A DNA stretch of 64,000 bases from an uncultured Fimbriimonadaceae bacterium (GTDB lineage: Bacteria > Armatimonadota > Fimbriimonadia > Fimbriimonadales > Fimbriimonadaceae). The position numbers and the translations under genes were made by a program. The notes beneath the pieces are model-generated. The model was not told where the DNA came from and searched no databases. It worked only from the letters and a program-made list of their open reading frames with translations. Each line of letters opens with the position of its first letter. Position 1 is the stretch's first letter. Positions 1 through 10,071 of this stretch are shown one piece after another. The stretch covers positions 33,705 through 97,704 of the forward strand of contig CAZGXW010000001.1 of assembly GCA_964529975.1 (NCBI GenBank), in the 5' to 3' direction.

Positions 1-144
1 ATTCGCTTTGTCGTCGGATGGATCCTTCTCGGCATCCTTTGGCTGATCAATCTGTTTGTTTCGATCGCACAGGCTGTGGGCGCGCTGAACGGCAAGTGGC
101 CGAAGTCCGCAATCAAACGTGCCGCGCGCGGCAAGTCGTCCTAG
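1..144 (+). CDS. 3' end of a hypothetical membrane-protein gene, truncated by the window edge
   Basis: Frame 1 is open from base 1 to TAG at 142-144: IRFVVGWILLGILWLINLFVSIAQAVGALNGKWPKSAIKRAARGKSS. Hydrophobic helix followed by a basic tail. No family recognised. Confidence 0.4.
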   Translation: MRFVVGWILLGILWLINLFVSIAQAVGALNGKWPKSAIKRAARGKSS

Positions 145-1295
145 CCGTCGAGCCCGATCCGAGGAATGTCGGGCGTCCCTTCGCTAATGACGACGAACGA
201 CTCTTGAGTACGCTGATAGATAAAGGGCTTGTCGGTCAAGGGGTCGAGCGTAACCGTCTGGTCTGGAAGGACGGCGAGCGAACCAGGGAAGTATCCGCTG
301 GTCCACTTGTAGGTCACTATCGCCGCGACCAAGCGCAGGAGCCTGAATTGAGTTCGTCGGACGATCTCGAACATCTCGACGCGACCGAAGTCTGGAACCA
401 AGGTAGTGAACGCAAGGCGGGCGACTGGGTCGGCGGGAACAGCGACGTCCTTGATCGACTCTGCGCGACGAGGCCACTCTCGCTCAGGCTGCTGCATCAT
501 GGCTAGCCTGGCTTCATAGTGTCTTCGGATCGCAAAGACCAGTTCGTCAGTCACCGCCTTTCGTCGGGCTGGGGTCAATCTGCGGATCTCTCCCACGATG
601 TCCTCGTCCTCGCTGATTCCCAGTTTCGTGAGCTCGTCCGGATTGGCAATGACCTTCGGCAAGACTTCAGCGAGGACCGTCATTTCGGTCGTCAGGGCGC
701 GCGTCCAGGGGCTCTCCGATTCGAGCATTGCGGAGGCGACCCGATCGATCTCAGATGCCGCTGGCAACGACACAAGCGTCAGGTTCTTTGAGAGCGAAAG
801 CAGCGCTGGGCGACTGATCGCTCGTCCCACGAGGTTATGAATGACAGGACCGGAAAGCGACACCTTGTCCCCAAAGAGCATGACGTCCACAAGGGTGCCC
901 ACGCCATCGTTGACCCGGCCATCGGCAAAGTCGACTTCAGCCTTGAATACTAGGGCGCTCCCAATCGCCCGAAAGATCTGCAACTCCGGTAGCAAAGTGT
1001 CCCAGTCCATCGTGTTGGGATAGAACACCTTCTTCTTGTTGCCTTGAGAAACTAGAGGAGTGATGCGCCCGCACTGCCGATGGATCGCACGTAAGCGATC
1101 GAGCCGGGAGCCGGGAGCGTTTGGAGCCTCGACCGCCTCGAGCAAGGCGCGGACGTTCGAACCTACGGCTGCGTCCGCTGCTTGCAAGTACTCTTCGTAA
1201 CCGTTGTCTCCGGTCGGCTGCTTGACGATCGAGCGATAGAGACTGTTCTGCTGGTCCGCCCTTAGGACGATCGCGGCCAAGACTGTCGCGAACAT
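141..1295 (-). CDS. hypothetical protein (384 aa), no recognisable family
   Basis: Long ORF with protein-like composition that fills the gap before purD. The + strand ORFs over it are short and Arg/Ser-rich shadows. Confidence 0.6.
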   Translation of the reverse strand: MFATVLAAIVLRADQQNSLYRSIVKQPTGDNGYEEYLQAADAAVGSNVRALLEAVEAPNAPGSRLDRLRAIHRQCGRITPLVSQGNKKKVFYPNTMDWDTLLPELQIFRAIGSALVFKAEVDFADGRVNDGVGTLVDVMLFGDKVSLSGPVIHNLVGRAISRPALLSLSKNLTLVSLPAASEIDRVASAMLESESPWTRALTTEMTVLAEVLPKVIANPDELTKLGISEDEDIVGEIRRLTPARRKAVTDELVFAIRRHYEARLAMMQQPEREWPRRAESIKDVAVPADPVARLAFTTLVPDFGRVEMFEIVRRTQFRLLRLVAAIVTYKWTSGYFPGSLAVLPDQTVTLDPLTDKPFIYQRTQESFVVISEGTPDIPRIGLDG

Positions 1296-1304
1296 GCGAC
1301 GATT

Positions 1305-2552
1305 CTACTCACCGATGTCTGATCGGCAGTGACTTCCCTTGAACTCGATTCTTCGAGCTGCGGCGTAGGCCGACGCTCTTGCTGCCGCGAGGTCGTTCCC
1401 CGTTGCGGAAACCGCCAGTACGCGACCTCCTGAAGTAACAAGATCGTCGACCAGCATCGAGGTTCCTGCATGGAATACGACGACTTCCTCGGGCAGATCG
1501 TCTGGGATTGTCACACGCATGCCCTTCTTGTACTTGCCAGGATATCCCTCGCTCGCTAGGACAACGGTCAGCGCAGCGTTGTCCAACACCTCGAACTCCG
1601 GGATCTCTTCGCCTTTCGCCACGGCGGAAAGAGCACCGACAAACCCCTTTCCCAACCTTCGGACGATCGTCTGCGTCTCAGGATCGCCGAAGCGCACGTT
1701 GTACTCGAGGCAAAACGGTTCTCCCCCGACGACCATAAGCCCACTAAACAGGACGCCTCGAAACTCGACGCCCTTTGCAGCCATGAGTTCTATTAGAGGC
1801 TTGACGACACGCTGTTCCGTCCGTTCAATGAGGCCGTTATCGAGCCACCCAACGGGCGAGTAAGACCCCATTCCCCCCGTGTTTGGCCCCCGGTCGCCGT
1901 CGTACGCACGCTTGTAGTCTTGAGCGACAGGCAGCGATCGGAAATGACTGCCAGAAACGAGCGTCAGAAGGCTGAACTCGCGCCCAACGAGACAGTCCTC
2001 AATCACCAGCGTCTCTCCGGCTGGTCCGAACACTTTCTCGATCATCGCCTGGGCGATCGCGTTCTCAGCCTCTTCCTGCGTCAAGCAGACCGAGACACCC
2101 TTGCCAAACGCCGCTCCGCTGGCCTTTACCGCCACGTTGCGACCTCGCGCGAACATCTCTCCAACGAACTCGCGCGCGGATTCGGGATCGTTGAACTCCC
2201 CATAGTCGGCAGTCGGCACCCGCGCCTCCACCATCATCCGCTTGCTGAACGCCTTTGAACCCTCGAGTTGGGCTGCTTCGCGGGTCGGGCCAAACACGGC
2301 GATGCCGGCTTCTCGGAGCGCGTCACCGAGACCGTTGATCAACGGCTCCTCTGGCCCAACGAGCACGAAATCGACGCCCAACTGTCTGGCTAGCGCGACG
2401 ATCCGCTCTGTCTCGTTAGCCTGGACCTCGAAACAGTGGCACAGTCGCTCAATGCCTGCATTGCCCGGAGTGCAGAAGACCTCGGCTTCCTGCGCGATCT
2501 TCCACACGAGCGCGTGCTCTCTGCCCCCTGATCCGACAACGAGGACCTTCAC
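1305..2552 (-). CDS. purD: phosphoribosylamine--glycine ligase
   Basis: N-terminus MKVLVVGSGGREHALVWKIAQ, an ATP-grasp body and 415 aa length are typical of PurD. Confidence 0.95.
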   Translation of the reverse strand: MKVLVVGSGGREHALVWKIAQEAEVFCTPGNAGIERLCHCFEVQANETERIVALARQLGVDFVLVGPEEPLINGLGDALREAGIAVFGPTREAAQLEGSKAFSKRMMVEARVPTADYGEFNDPESAREFVGEMFARGRNVAVKASGAAFGKGVSVCLTQEEAENAIAQAMIEKVFGPAGETLVIEDCLVGREFSLLTLVSGSHFRSLPVAQDYKRAYDGDRGPNTGGMGSYSPVGWLDNGLIERTEQRVVKPLIELMAAKGVEFRGVLFSGLMVVGGEPFCLEYNVRFGDPETQTIVRRLGKGFVGALSAVAKGEEIPEFEVLDNAALTVVLASEGYPGKYKKGMRVTIPDDLPEEVVVFHAGTSMLVDDLVTSGGRVLAVSATGNDLAAARASAYAAARRIEFKGSHCRSDIGE

Positions 2553-3146
2553 TCAGATCTCCCTCCTGTATTCGAGCGCGGAGTGCAGTGTCGCGCTGTC
2601 CGCATAGTCGAGTTCTCCACCGACCGGCATGCCGTGCGCCAGCCGTGTGACTCGGACCCCGAGAGGCTTGATGAGTTTCGCCAAGTACAGCGCGGTCGCG
2701 TCGCCTTCGACCGTCGGATTCGTGGCGACGATGACCTCCTTGACCTCTCCATCGATCCTCGCCAACAACTCCTTGACCTTGATATCCTCCGGCCCGACGT
2801 CGTCCATAGGATTGAGCAGCCCGTGGAGGACGTGGTAGAGGCCGTGGTACTCATTGATCCTTTCTACGGCAACGATGTCTCGAGGTTCTGCCACCGCACA
2901 AATCACGGCCCTGTCCCGACGATGGTCCGCGCAGATCTCGCAGACTTCGCTCTCGCTCACGTTCTGGCACGTCTCGCAGAACCGCAGACTGTCCTTGGCG
3001 TTGCGAAGTGCGTCGGCGAACCGCCGGACGTCGTCCGCAGGCTGTCGAAGCATGTGGTACGCAAGCCGCTGGGCTGACTTCGGGCCGACGCCAGGCAGTT
3101 TTTCGAACTGGGCAATGAGTTCGGCGAGGGGGCGCGCGAACAGCAT
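2553..3146 (-). CDS. recR: recombination protein RecR
   Basis: LIAQFEKLPGVGPKSAQRLAYHML helix-hairpin-helix, C4 zinc finger (CETCQNVSESEVCEIC) and a Toprim-like C-terminus. Start moved to the internal ATG at 3146 (MLFARPL), because the 250-aa ORF-track extension overlaps ybaB. Confidence 0.93.
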   Translation of the reverse strand: MLFARPLAELIAQFEKLPGVGPKSAQRLAYHMLRQPADDVRRFADALRNAKDSLRFCETCQNVSESEVCEICADHRRDRAVICAVAEPRDIVAVERINEYHGLYHVLHGLLNPMDDVGPEDIKVKELLARIDGEVKEVIVATNPTVEGDATALYLAKLIKPLGVRVTRLAHGMPVGGELDYADSATLHSALEYRREI

Positions 3147-3153
3147 CCTCGAG

Positions 3154-3480
3154 TCAGATCCCAAGCCCTGGCGGAATGTCTGGCATGATCTCGGCGAGTT
3201 TCTTCTCGCGCATCTCCGTCGCTTGTGTAAACCCGTCCCGGACTGCCCCAAGGACCAGGTCTTCGAGCATCTCGACGTCCTCAGGATCAACGGCCTCCTT
3301 GTCAATCTTGATGCTCTGGATCATCCCGGTCCCGTCGAAAACGGCCTTGACTGGCCCCTTGTCGATCTCCAAACGCTCTTCGGCGAGTTCGCTCTCGAGG
3401 CTTTTCGCCCGGGCCATCGCGTCTTGCGCCTTTGCCAGCATGCCCTGCATGCCGCCGCCAAACTGCTTAGGAAGCTTCAT
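3154..3480 (-). CDS. ybaB: YbaB/EbfC family nucleoid-associated protein
   Basis: 108 aa with MQGMLAKAQ...GPVKAVFDGTG...IKIDKEAVDPEDVEMLEDLV, sitting in the conserved dnaX-ybaB-recR order. Confidence 0.9.
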   Translation of the reverse strand: MKLPKQFGGGMQGMLAKAQDAMARAKSLESELAEERLEIDKGPVKAVFDGTGMIQSIKIDKEAVDPEDVEMLEDLVLGAVRDGFTQATEMREKKLAEIMPDIPPGLGI

Positions 3481-3495
3481 GGATTCTCGTGGCCT

Positions 3496-5052
3496 CTATT
3501 CGCCGGCGGGTTGTCCGAAGACTTCCCGGCCTAACTTCTCGAGCATTTCGCCCTCTGCGGGCAATTCTACCGTCGTGGGTTCGACAGGCCGGGGACGCGC
3601 GCCGTTGGTTCTTGTGGTCTCAAACTTTAACTCAAACCCTTCCCCACCGGCCTTGTTCCAGGCCTCGTAGAGCGCTTTCTGCACCTTGGTGCTCTCGGTG
3701 ACCCATTCCGCGTCCGATTGCCGCTCAAAGGCGATCCTGGCCGTCTTTCCGGCCAAGTCAGAGAGTGCGCTCTTGACCAGGCGAGCAGCAGCGACCTTGG
3801 ACATCGCTGAGAGTTCGGCAACGACCTGTTGCCACGCGTTCGCCAACCGGTCTCGCTCGGGGTCCCCGCTCGGCTCGACAACCTTCGCCTTGGGAGCCTC
3901 TTTCTTCGCGGGCTGATGTACGGCCGCCGCCGTGGTGGGCCGCGAAGGCGTCGATGCTGCCGGTGCCTGATCAAAGAAAGCAATTCGCACCAGTTCGGCT
4001 TCGACCCACACTCGCGGAAGGCTGACGTCTCGAACTGCGCGGTGTGCCACTGCAAGTTCCGATCGGAACAAGAGCAGCCTCTCCTTTCCGATCAATCCAG
4101 CCGTAGACGTCAGGCTCGCCTCCAACGACGAGTCCGACTGCGAGCCAACCTCGACCCCATACGCAGCACGAGTCAAGTCGGTCAACCGCAGGAGCATGGA
4201 TTCGATGATGCTCCTCGGGTCTCGCCCAGCTCGATAGACCTCTTCGAGACCGTTCACAATTCCGCCAACGTCCCGTTCGCTCATTGACTTGAGCAAGGCG
4301 TCCGTCGTCTCGTCGGCGATCAGTCCCAACTGGCCGTACACATGGTCGAGCGTCACCTTCCGATCGCTCGTCAACATGGCCTGATCAAGCAACGTCAGAG
4401 CATCCCGAAACCCGCCATCGGCCATCTTGGCGATCGCCATCAGGGCGCTCGGCTCGCAGTCGATCCCTTCCTGCTTCGCAACAAAAGCCAGCCTCTCTGC
4501 AATCTGCTGGACGGTGCCCCTGTGGAACTCGAACCGTTGGCAGCGCGAGCGGATCGTCGGAGGGACCTTGTTGAACTCCGTCGTCGCCAGAATGAACACC
4601 ACGTGCTCGGGCGGTTCCTCGACAGTCTTCAGCAGCGCGTCGAACGCCTTGCCGCTGAGGTCGTGGACTTCGTCAATGATAAACACGCGGAATCGGCAGA
4701 ACGCAGGCTTGTACTCACTGGCCTGCACGATCGCCTCGCGCACATCCTCGACCCCAGACTCGCTCGCAGCGTCCATCTCCAGGACGTCCATCGAGCTACC
4801 GTTCGTGATCGAGACGCAGGCCTCGCACTCGTTGCACGGTTCCACAGCAGGTCCGTGCTCGCAGTTCAACGCCTTGGCGAGCAGCCGCGCCGTAGAGGTC
4901 TTTCCCGTGCCCCTCGGGCCGGTGAAGAGATACGCGTGCGAAAACTTGTTCTGCTCGATCGCGTTCTGCAAGGTCCGCACGATGTGGCCCTGACCGACCA
5001 GGTCGCCAAACGTCTGGCTTCGGTACTTTCGATAGAGAGCAAGTTGGGACAC
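3496..5052 (-). CDS. dnaX: DNA polymerase III subunit gamma/tau
   Basis: LYRKYRSQTFGDLVGQGHIV, Walker A GPRGTGKTS, a Cys cluster (CNECEAC) and IIDEVH. Confidence 0.93.
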   Translation of the reverse strand: MSQLALYRKYRSQTFGDLVGQGHIVRTLQNAIEQNKFSHAYLFTGPRGTGKTSTARLLAKALNCEHGPAVEPCNECEACVSITNGSSMDVLEMDAASESGVEDVREAIVQASEYKPAFCRFRVFIIDEVHDLSGKAFDALLKTVEEPPEHVVFILATTEFNKVPPTIRSRCQRFEFHRGTVQQIAERLAFVAKQEGIDCEPSALMAIAKMADGGFRDALTLLDQAMLTSDRKVTLDHVYGQLGLIADETTDALLKSMSERDVGGIVNGLEEVYRAGRDPRSIIESMLLRLTDLTRAAYGVEVGSQSDSSLEASLTSTAGLIGKERLLLFRSELAVAHRAVRDVSLPRVWVEAELVRIAFFDQAPAASTPSRPTTAAAVHQPAKKEAPKAKVVEPSGDPERDRLANAWQQVVAELSAMSKVAAARLVKSALSDLAGKTARIAFERQSDAEWVTESTKVQKALYEAWNKAGGEGFELKFETTRTNGARPRPVEPTTVELPAEGEMLEKLGREVFGQPAGE

Positions 5053-5080
5053 GTCTTTTCGCCTTCGGTCAACAAAAGAA

Positions 5081-5220
<140 letters not shown>

Positions 5221-5221
5221 C

Positions 5222-6673
5222 CTATTGTTGTGGCTGAGTCTCGGTCCTGAGGCCAGGGACCTGGATCGCCTCGCCGCCAACGCCGAGCGCGCTGCGCGGA
5301 TCGTAGTTGGGAGTCTTCACGATGGCCGGGCTCCGACCACGGCGATACTCGCCCGTCATCAAAACCATCTCCTTTGGAATCTCCAGTCTGCAAAAGATGA
5401 CACGCTGTCCTTCGCGCGCGTCCGTGCTCAAATAGTTCTTGTCCGTCATGCCTTCACCGTTGAATCCAAACTTGTCCTGGATGTGCGGCGGGGCGCTGCG
5501 GGGGTTGTAGTAGAACTCGATGACGTACTTGTCTTTCCGCAGAGGATACATGGTCACGTCCCGGCTCATGTCCACCTTGCGCGAGAAGCGTTGGCTGCGC
5601 ACGAACAACTGGTCCTGCAAGAACGTCTCGTTCGGGTCGACCTCGAACGTCACGTCGTCCCCCTTGTCCCAGACCATCCCGCCCGGAACTGCATCCTTGT
5701 AGTCCGCGTCCCGGAATATGAAGCGGATGCGAGTGCCCAGGGGAATGACTCCCCAAGTCCCTTCGACCAACAAGATCTTCGGCTCCAAAACGGTCACGCT
5801 CGCGCTGAAACCGATGTCGAACGGCGGCTCGACGTCGTAGCCCGTCAAAGCGTCTCCACGCTCACGCGCAAACGAGCCGCGCTGCGCCATGCGGACAAGA
5901 AGGTTGTCCAGGTTGCCTTCGACCGTGTCTCGGTTGATGCGCTGTGGGCTCATCGGCTCGTCACCCATCTTCGACTCGGCCTCCTTGAGGAACGCGTACA
6001 AGAGATCGACCGCAGAGTGGACCTGACCGTTGCGGAGATAGGCTTGCGCCAAGAGGTTGCGCCGAGCAATGGGGATCGCGTTCAGTTCAGCGCGCCAGTT
6101 CGCTTCGAGCTCGCCAATACCCGCATCCCGATATTCCGCCAAAAGTTCTTCGTACCGGTACTCGTTCGCCCTCTCAAAGTACTTGACCGCTTGTGCGTAA
6201 TCGTCGTCGACCTTGTGGTACCAGATCCAACCCGTCTCGAACCAAAGTTCATACGTGTAGTCGTTGAGCCGTGAACCTTCTTTGCCGAGCGCGATGGCGG
6301 GTGCGATGTACCGACGGTCAGATCTGTGCGCCTCGTCCGTGAAGTTGTAGGCAATGTGCCACATTCCGGTCGCATAGACGTCGATCTGCTTGGGATCAAG
6401 CATCGTCACGATGCGCACCATCGGCAGGATCGCGTCGTAGTTCCCTTCGTCAAAGTAGGCGTCGGCCCTCACCCACAGCAGGCCCGCGATCATCTCCCGG
6501 AACCCGGCCAGGGCAAACAGCATCTGGTCGGGATCGAGCGAAGACAGGTCGCTGTCCTTGCGCGGCGCGTAGTACTTCTTCCAGAAGGGATAAACCACCT
6601 TCTGCTGCATCAGCGCCTGACCAATGAAGGCGCCGACCAAGAGGGGAACGATGAACGCAGCCTTTGCCCTCAA
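5222..6673 (-). CDS. hypothetical membrane-anchored protein with a TPR-like helical region (483 aa), last gene of the ABC-2 operon
   Basis: N-terminal TM helix (AAFIVPLLVGAFIGQALM), a helical-repeat-like middle (YAQAVKYFERANEY, LLAQAYLRNGQVHSAVDLLYAFL) and an unknown C-terminal domain. Only 3 nt from the permease stop. Confidence 0.6.
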   Translation of the reverse strand: MRAKAAFIVPLLVGAFIGQALMQQKVVYPFWKKYYAPRKDSDLSSLDPDQMLFALAGFREMIAGLLWVRADAYFDEGNYDAILPMVRIVTMLDPKQIDVYATGMWHIAYNFTDEAHRSDRRYIAPAIALGKEGSRLNDYTYELWFETGWIWYHKVDDDYAQAVKYFERANEYRYEELLAEYRDAGIGELEANWRAELNAIPIARRNLLAQAYLRNGQVHSAVDLLYAFLKEAESKMGDEPMSPQRINRDTVEGNLDNLLVRMAQRGSFARERGDALTGYDVEPPFDIGFSASVTVLEPKILLVEGTWGVIPLGTRIRFIFRDADYKDAVPGGMVWDKGDDVTFEVDPNETFLQDQLFVRSQRFSRKVDMSRDVTMYPLRKDKYVIEFYYNPRSAPPHIQDKFGFNGEGMTDKNYLSTDAREGQRVIFCRLEIPKEMVLMTGEYRRGRSPAIVKTPNYDPRSALGVGGEAIQVPGLRTETQPQQ

Positions 6674-6676
6674 GCG

Positions 6677-7624
6677 TCAAACCTCCTTCCTATCGAAGAT
6701 CAGGATCCCAAGAATCAGCAGGATTGAGATGTACAGCAGCCCGTAGCCCGCCAAGTTGAGATAGTGGAACATCTCACCTCGGATCACCGTGCCAGGGTTG
6801 ACCACCGAGTTCTGGACGCTGAAGTTCTGGAAGTTGGGCACGATCGATTGGATGATCTGCACCGCCACCTTGGCGAAGACAGGCATCTGACTGTTCTCGG
6901 CCACGGCGTCGAACAGCGTGTTGAACATCGAACCGATCATGTACACGCCGCCCGAAAGGAAGAAGTTCACGATAGGAGACGTGAAAGTCGAGAAGAACAC
7001 GCCGACTGCCGCCAACAGGCACATCTGCACGTAGAACATTGCAGCCGTCTTGGCAAAGTCGCTGTACGTCTCCAACTGGTTCGTCAGCATCCCGATCCAG
7101 TACAGGATTCCCATGAGAGATGCTGCAAGAAGACCGATCACGACTTGACCTCCGGCCTTCTCCTTCAACCTGTTCGTCAGCGCCAGCAAGGCGATCAAGT
7201 TCACGATGAACAGCGCGATTTGCAGGGTCGGTTTGTCCTGCGTCTGCATGACCGCGTAAACGAACAGCAGGGTCAGCGTCATCAGGCCGATCATCAACCC
7301 GAGGGCGCCGATCGCCCCGAAGTACTTGCCGAGCAAGAACTGCCACCGTTGGACAGGCTTTGAAAGGATCGTGTAGATCGTCCTTCGCTCGACCTCGTTC
7401 GGAAGCATGTAGACCGTCAGGACGAGGGCGATGACAGCGCTCGTGATCTGGATGACACCGAGCGTGAGGCTGCGAAGGATCGTCGTCTCCTGGCGCGCCG
7501 TGAGCATGTTGAGGCTCGGGGCAATAACCAAGAAGAGGATGCCGATCAGAAGAATGATCAACAGGATGCGGCGACGGACAGCCTCGCCGATCGTCGTCTT
7601 CGCGATCGAAAGTATGATGTTCAC
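6677..7624 (-). CDS. ABC-2 type transporter permease
   Basis: 315 aa polytopic membrane protein with about 6 hydrophobic segments. Overlaps the ATPase gene stop by 4 nt. Confidence 0.8.
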   Translation of the reverse strand: MNIILSIAKTTIGEAVRRRILLIILLIGILFLVIAPSLNMLTARQETTILRSLTLGVIQITSAVIALVLTVYMLPNEVERRTIYTILSKPVQRWQFLLGKYFGAIGALGLMIGLMTLTLLFVYAVMQTQDKPTLQIALFIVNLIALLALTNRLKEKAGGQVVIGLLAASLMGILYWIGMLTNQLETYSDFAKTAAMFYVQMCLLAAVGVFFSTFTSPIVNFFLSGGVYMIGSMFNTLFDAVAENSQMPVFAKVAVQIIQSIVPNFQNFSVQNSVVNPGTVIRGEMFHYLNLAGYGLLYISILLILGILIFDRKEV

Positions 7625-8553
7625 GCCGACACCCCCGCAGGCTTCGAGTGCTCGCGCACGCTCTCCACAAAGAGGTCTTCCAAGCGCATCCTGCGTGGAA
7701 TGACGCTTACGACGCTTCCGCCAACGCTCCGCGCGCCATCAATGATCTTGTCTGTGTCGCCGCCGGCGGCCATGTCCATCGTCACGTTGCTCCCGCTCGC
7801 CGAGACGACCGCGTCCTTTCCAGCGAGTTCCTTCGCCTTTTCGACCGTGATCCCCTTGAACGTCATTTCGACGCGGGCTCCGGTCAAGAGTTCGTTCAAA
7901 TGGCCTTGCTTGATAACGAGGCCCTTATTGATGATCGCCACGCGGCTACAGATCAGTTCGACCTCGCTCAACTCGTGGCTAGAGATGAAGACTGTCCGTC
8001 CCTCGTCGCGGAACTGCAAGATCAGGTCACGGACCTCCTTGTGCGCCAGCGGGTCTAGACCGCCGGTCGGCTCGTCCAGGAACAACAGTTCAGGGTCGTT
8101 GAGCAGGCTTTGTGCAAGCCCGACGCGCTGCTGCATGCCCTTCGAGTACTCGGAGATCGGGCGGTTCATATCGTTGTGCAAGTTCACCCGCTCCAGCAGC
8201 CTTCGGCAAAGTGCGTCGTCGTTGATGCCGAAGAGCGATGCGTAGAAGTGCATGATCTCGAGGCCCGTCATGTGCTCGTAGTAGTAGGGCCGCTCCGGCA
8301 GGTACGCCAACTTCCTGTGCGCCTCCATGTCGCCCGCCTCCTTGTCGAGCACCTTCGCCTCACCAGAAGTTCCGGCGATGATCCCAAGAAGGATCTTGAT
8401 GGTCGTCGTCTTCCCCGCACCGTTTGGTCCGAGGAACCCGAAGATCTCGCCCTTCTCTACGGCGAGGTCCAGTTTGTCGACCACGTTCACCGCACGGCCT
8501 CCGCGCGACTTGTAGGTCTTGGTCAGTTGCTTCGTTTCTATGGCAAGGCTCAA
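7621..8553 (-). CDS. ABC transporter ATP-binding protein
   Basis: Walker A GPNGAGKTT, signature YSKGMQQR, Walker B LLFLDEPTGGLD. Start set to TTG at 8553 (MSLAIETKQLTKTY) with GGAG 8 nt upstream. The 75-aa upstream extension in the track is Arg/Ser-rich and unlikely to be coding. Confidence 0.9.
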   Translation of the reverse strand: MSLAIETKQLTKTYKSRGGRAVNVVDKLDLAVEKGEIFGFLGPNGAGKTTTIKILLGIIAGTSGEAKVLDKEAGDMEAHRKLAYLPERPYYYEHMTGLEIMHFYASLFGINDDALCRRLLERVNLHNDMNRPISEYSKGMQQRVGLAQSLLNDPELLFLDEPTGGLDPLAHKEVRDLILQFRDEGRTVFISSHELSEVELICSRVAIINKGLVIKQGHLNELLTGARVEMTFKGITVEKAKELAGKDAVVSASGSNVTMDMAAGGDTDKIIDGARSVGGSVVSVIPRRMRLEDLFVESVREHSKPAGVSA

Positions 8554-8683
8554 GGGTCTTGTCTCCGGCAATATTGCGGGCCGATTGTACCTATCGGCCT
8601 GGTTCAACCCAGGCTGAGGTACCCGCCCCGTGGTTTCAACCGCGCGAGCGCAAAATTCGTGCCGCGAATCCGATAAACGCAGG

Positions 8684-9292
8684 TTATGGGTCGAGCGTTC
8701 CGTCCGCCTCGCGGACGGCCTCGAAGAATGCACGCACCTTATCGGGGTCCTTGACCCCGGGCTCTGACTCGAGCCCACTGCTCACATCGACCGCGAACGG
8801 ACGAAGTTCCGCGATCACCTTTCCCACGTTCTCCGCCCTCAACCCTCCAGCCACGATCACAGGGCGAACCGACTCAGCCATAGCCCGTCGTGCGGCAAGA
8901 AGATCTATGGGGACTCCAGTACCCCCGTATTGGCCGGCGGCATGGGCATCGAGCAGGATCGCGTCGCAGTCCCCCTGGTCAGGCACGTCGTCGTCCGATC
9001 CAATGCGGTGGACGGCGATCGCGCGTTGGCTCGGATCCAACATCGAAGACCGCACGCCTATGGCCTGGACCGCATCGAACGATGCTAGGTGTCCTCCAGA
9101 CTGGAACGGGCCCATTACTGCTACGCGAGAAACATAGGGCGGAACGGACTCAAGCAGCGTTCCAACCTCTGCCAGCCCGACGCACCGTGGGCTCGAAGGC
9201 TCGAGCACGAACCCTACGGCGACCGCTCCCAACGAGACCGCAAGTTCTACGTCCTCGACGCGCGTCAGTCCACACACTTTGACCCGTGTCAC
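8684..9292 (-). CDS. trpF: phosphoribosylanthranilate isomerase
   Basis: MTRVKVCGLTRVEDVELAVSLGAVAVGFV, 202 aa, 4-nt overlap with trpC. Confidence 0.9.
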   Translation of the reverse strand: MTRVKVCGLTRVEDVELAVSLGAVAVGFVLEPSSPRCVGLAEVGTLLESVPPYVSRVAVMGPFQSGGHLASFDAVQAIGVRSSMLDPSQRAIAVHRIGSDDDVPDQGDCDAILLDAHAAGQYGGTGVPIDLLAARRAMAESVRPVIVAGGLRAENVGKVIAELRPFAVDVSSGLESEPGVKDPDKVRAFFEAVREADGTLDP

Positions 9293-10071
9293 CAGCCCAT
9301 CACCTCTCGAACCTTTCCTTGCACGTCGCGAGCAGCACAGAACGTCGTCCCGATCAGTACGGCCCGTGCGCCGGCCGAACGGACGCGCTCGACGTCTTCG
9401 CGCGACCGGATCGCGCTCTCGCTCACCACCGTTGCATGGGCAGCGATCTTCGGGATCAACTGCTCCGTCACATCGAGGTTGGTCTCAAACGTCGCCAAGT
9501 CTCGGTTGTTGATGCCGATGAGACTCGCGCCAGACTCGACGGCGACCTCTGCCTCATGTTCTGAATGCGCCTCGACAAGCGTGTCCATCCCAAGCGATTG
9601 CGCGAGTTCGCGATACTCCTTCAATTGGGACTTGGAAAGTCCGGAGACGATAAGCAGCACAGCATCGGCGCTCAACGCCCTGGCTTGCCACACGTCGTAC
9701 TCGTCGATCGTGAAGTCCTTTCGAAGGACTGGAAGCCCCGAGACTTCGCGACAGAGCGGCAGATAGAGGGGCGATCCCTGGAAGAAATGTACGTCCGTCA
9801 AGACGCTCAGGCAGTCTGCTCCAGCACTCTTGTAGTCTCTTGCGAACGCCTCCGGGTCGAAGTCCTCTCGGATCACGCCTTTGACCGGGCTGGCCTTCTT
9901 GACCTCAGCGATCAGGGCGACTGGGTGGGAAGACGTCGTCAACGCGCGGTGAAATCCGCGCGTCGCTGGCGCGTCCGACGCCATCTTCTTGAGTTCGCCT
10001 AGCGGCAAGCGCGCCTTGTTAGCCTCCAGGTCAGACCGCTTTTGATCGAAGATCCGCTTCAGGACGTCCAT
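9289..10071 (-). CDS. trpC: indole-3-glycerol phosphate synthase
   Basis: ALIAEVKKASPVKGVIREDFDP, LSVLTD..FFQGS and GINNRDL motifs. Confidence 0.93.
   Translation of the reverse strand: MDVLKRIFDQKRSDLEANKARLPLGELKKMASDAPATRGFHRALTTSSHPVALIAEVKKASPVKGVIREDFDPEAFARDYKSAGADCLSVLTDVHFFQGSPLYLPLCREVSGLPVLRKDFTIDEYDVWQARALSADAVLLIVSGLSKSQLKEYRELAQSLGMDTLVEAHSEHEAEVAVESGASLIGINNRDLATFETNLDVTEQLIPKIAAHATVVSESAIRSREDVERVRSAGARAVLIGTTFCAARDVQGKVREVMGW

Noticed and set aside
3496-5052. Programmed frameshift or slippage site in dnaX for gamma subunit production
   Set aside because: I found no A AAA AAG-type heptamer or long A-run on the coding strand. The closest stretch (AAG AAA GAG at about 3900) is not a slippery site.
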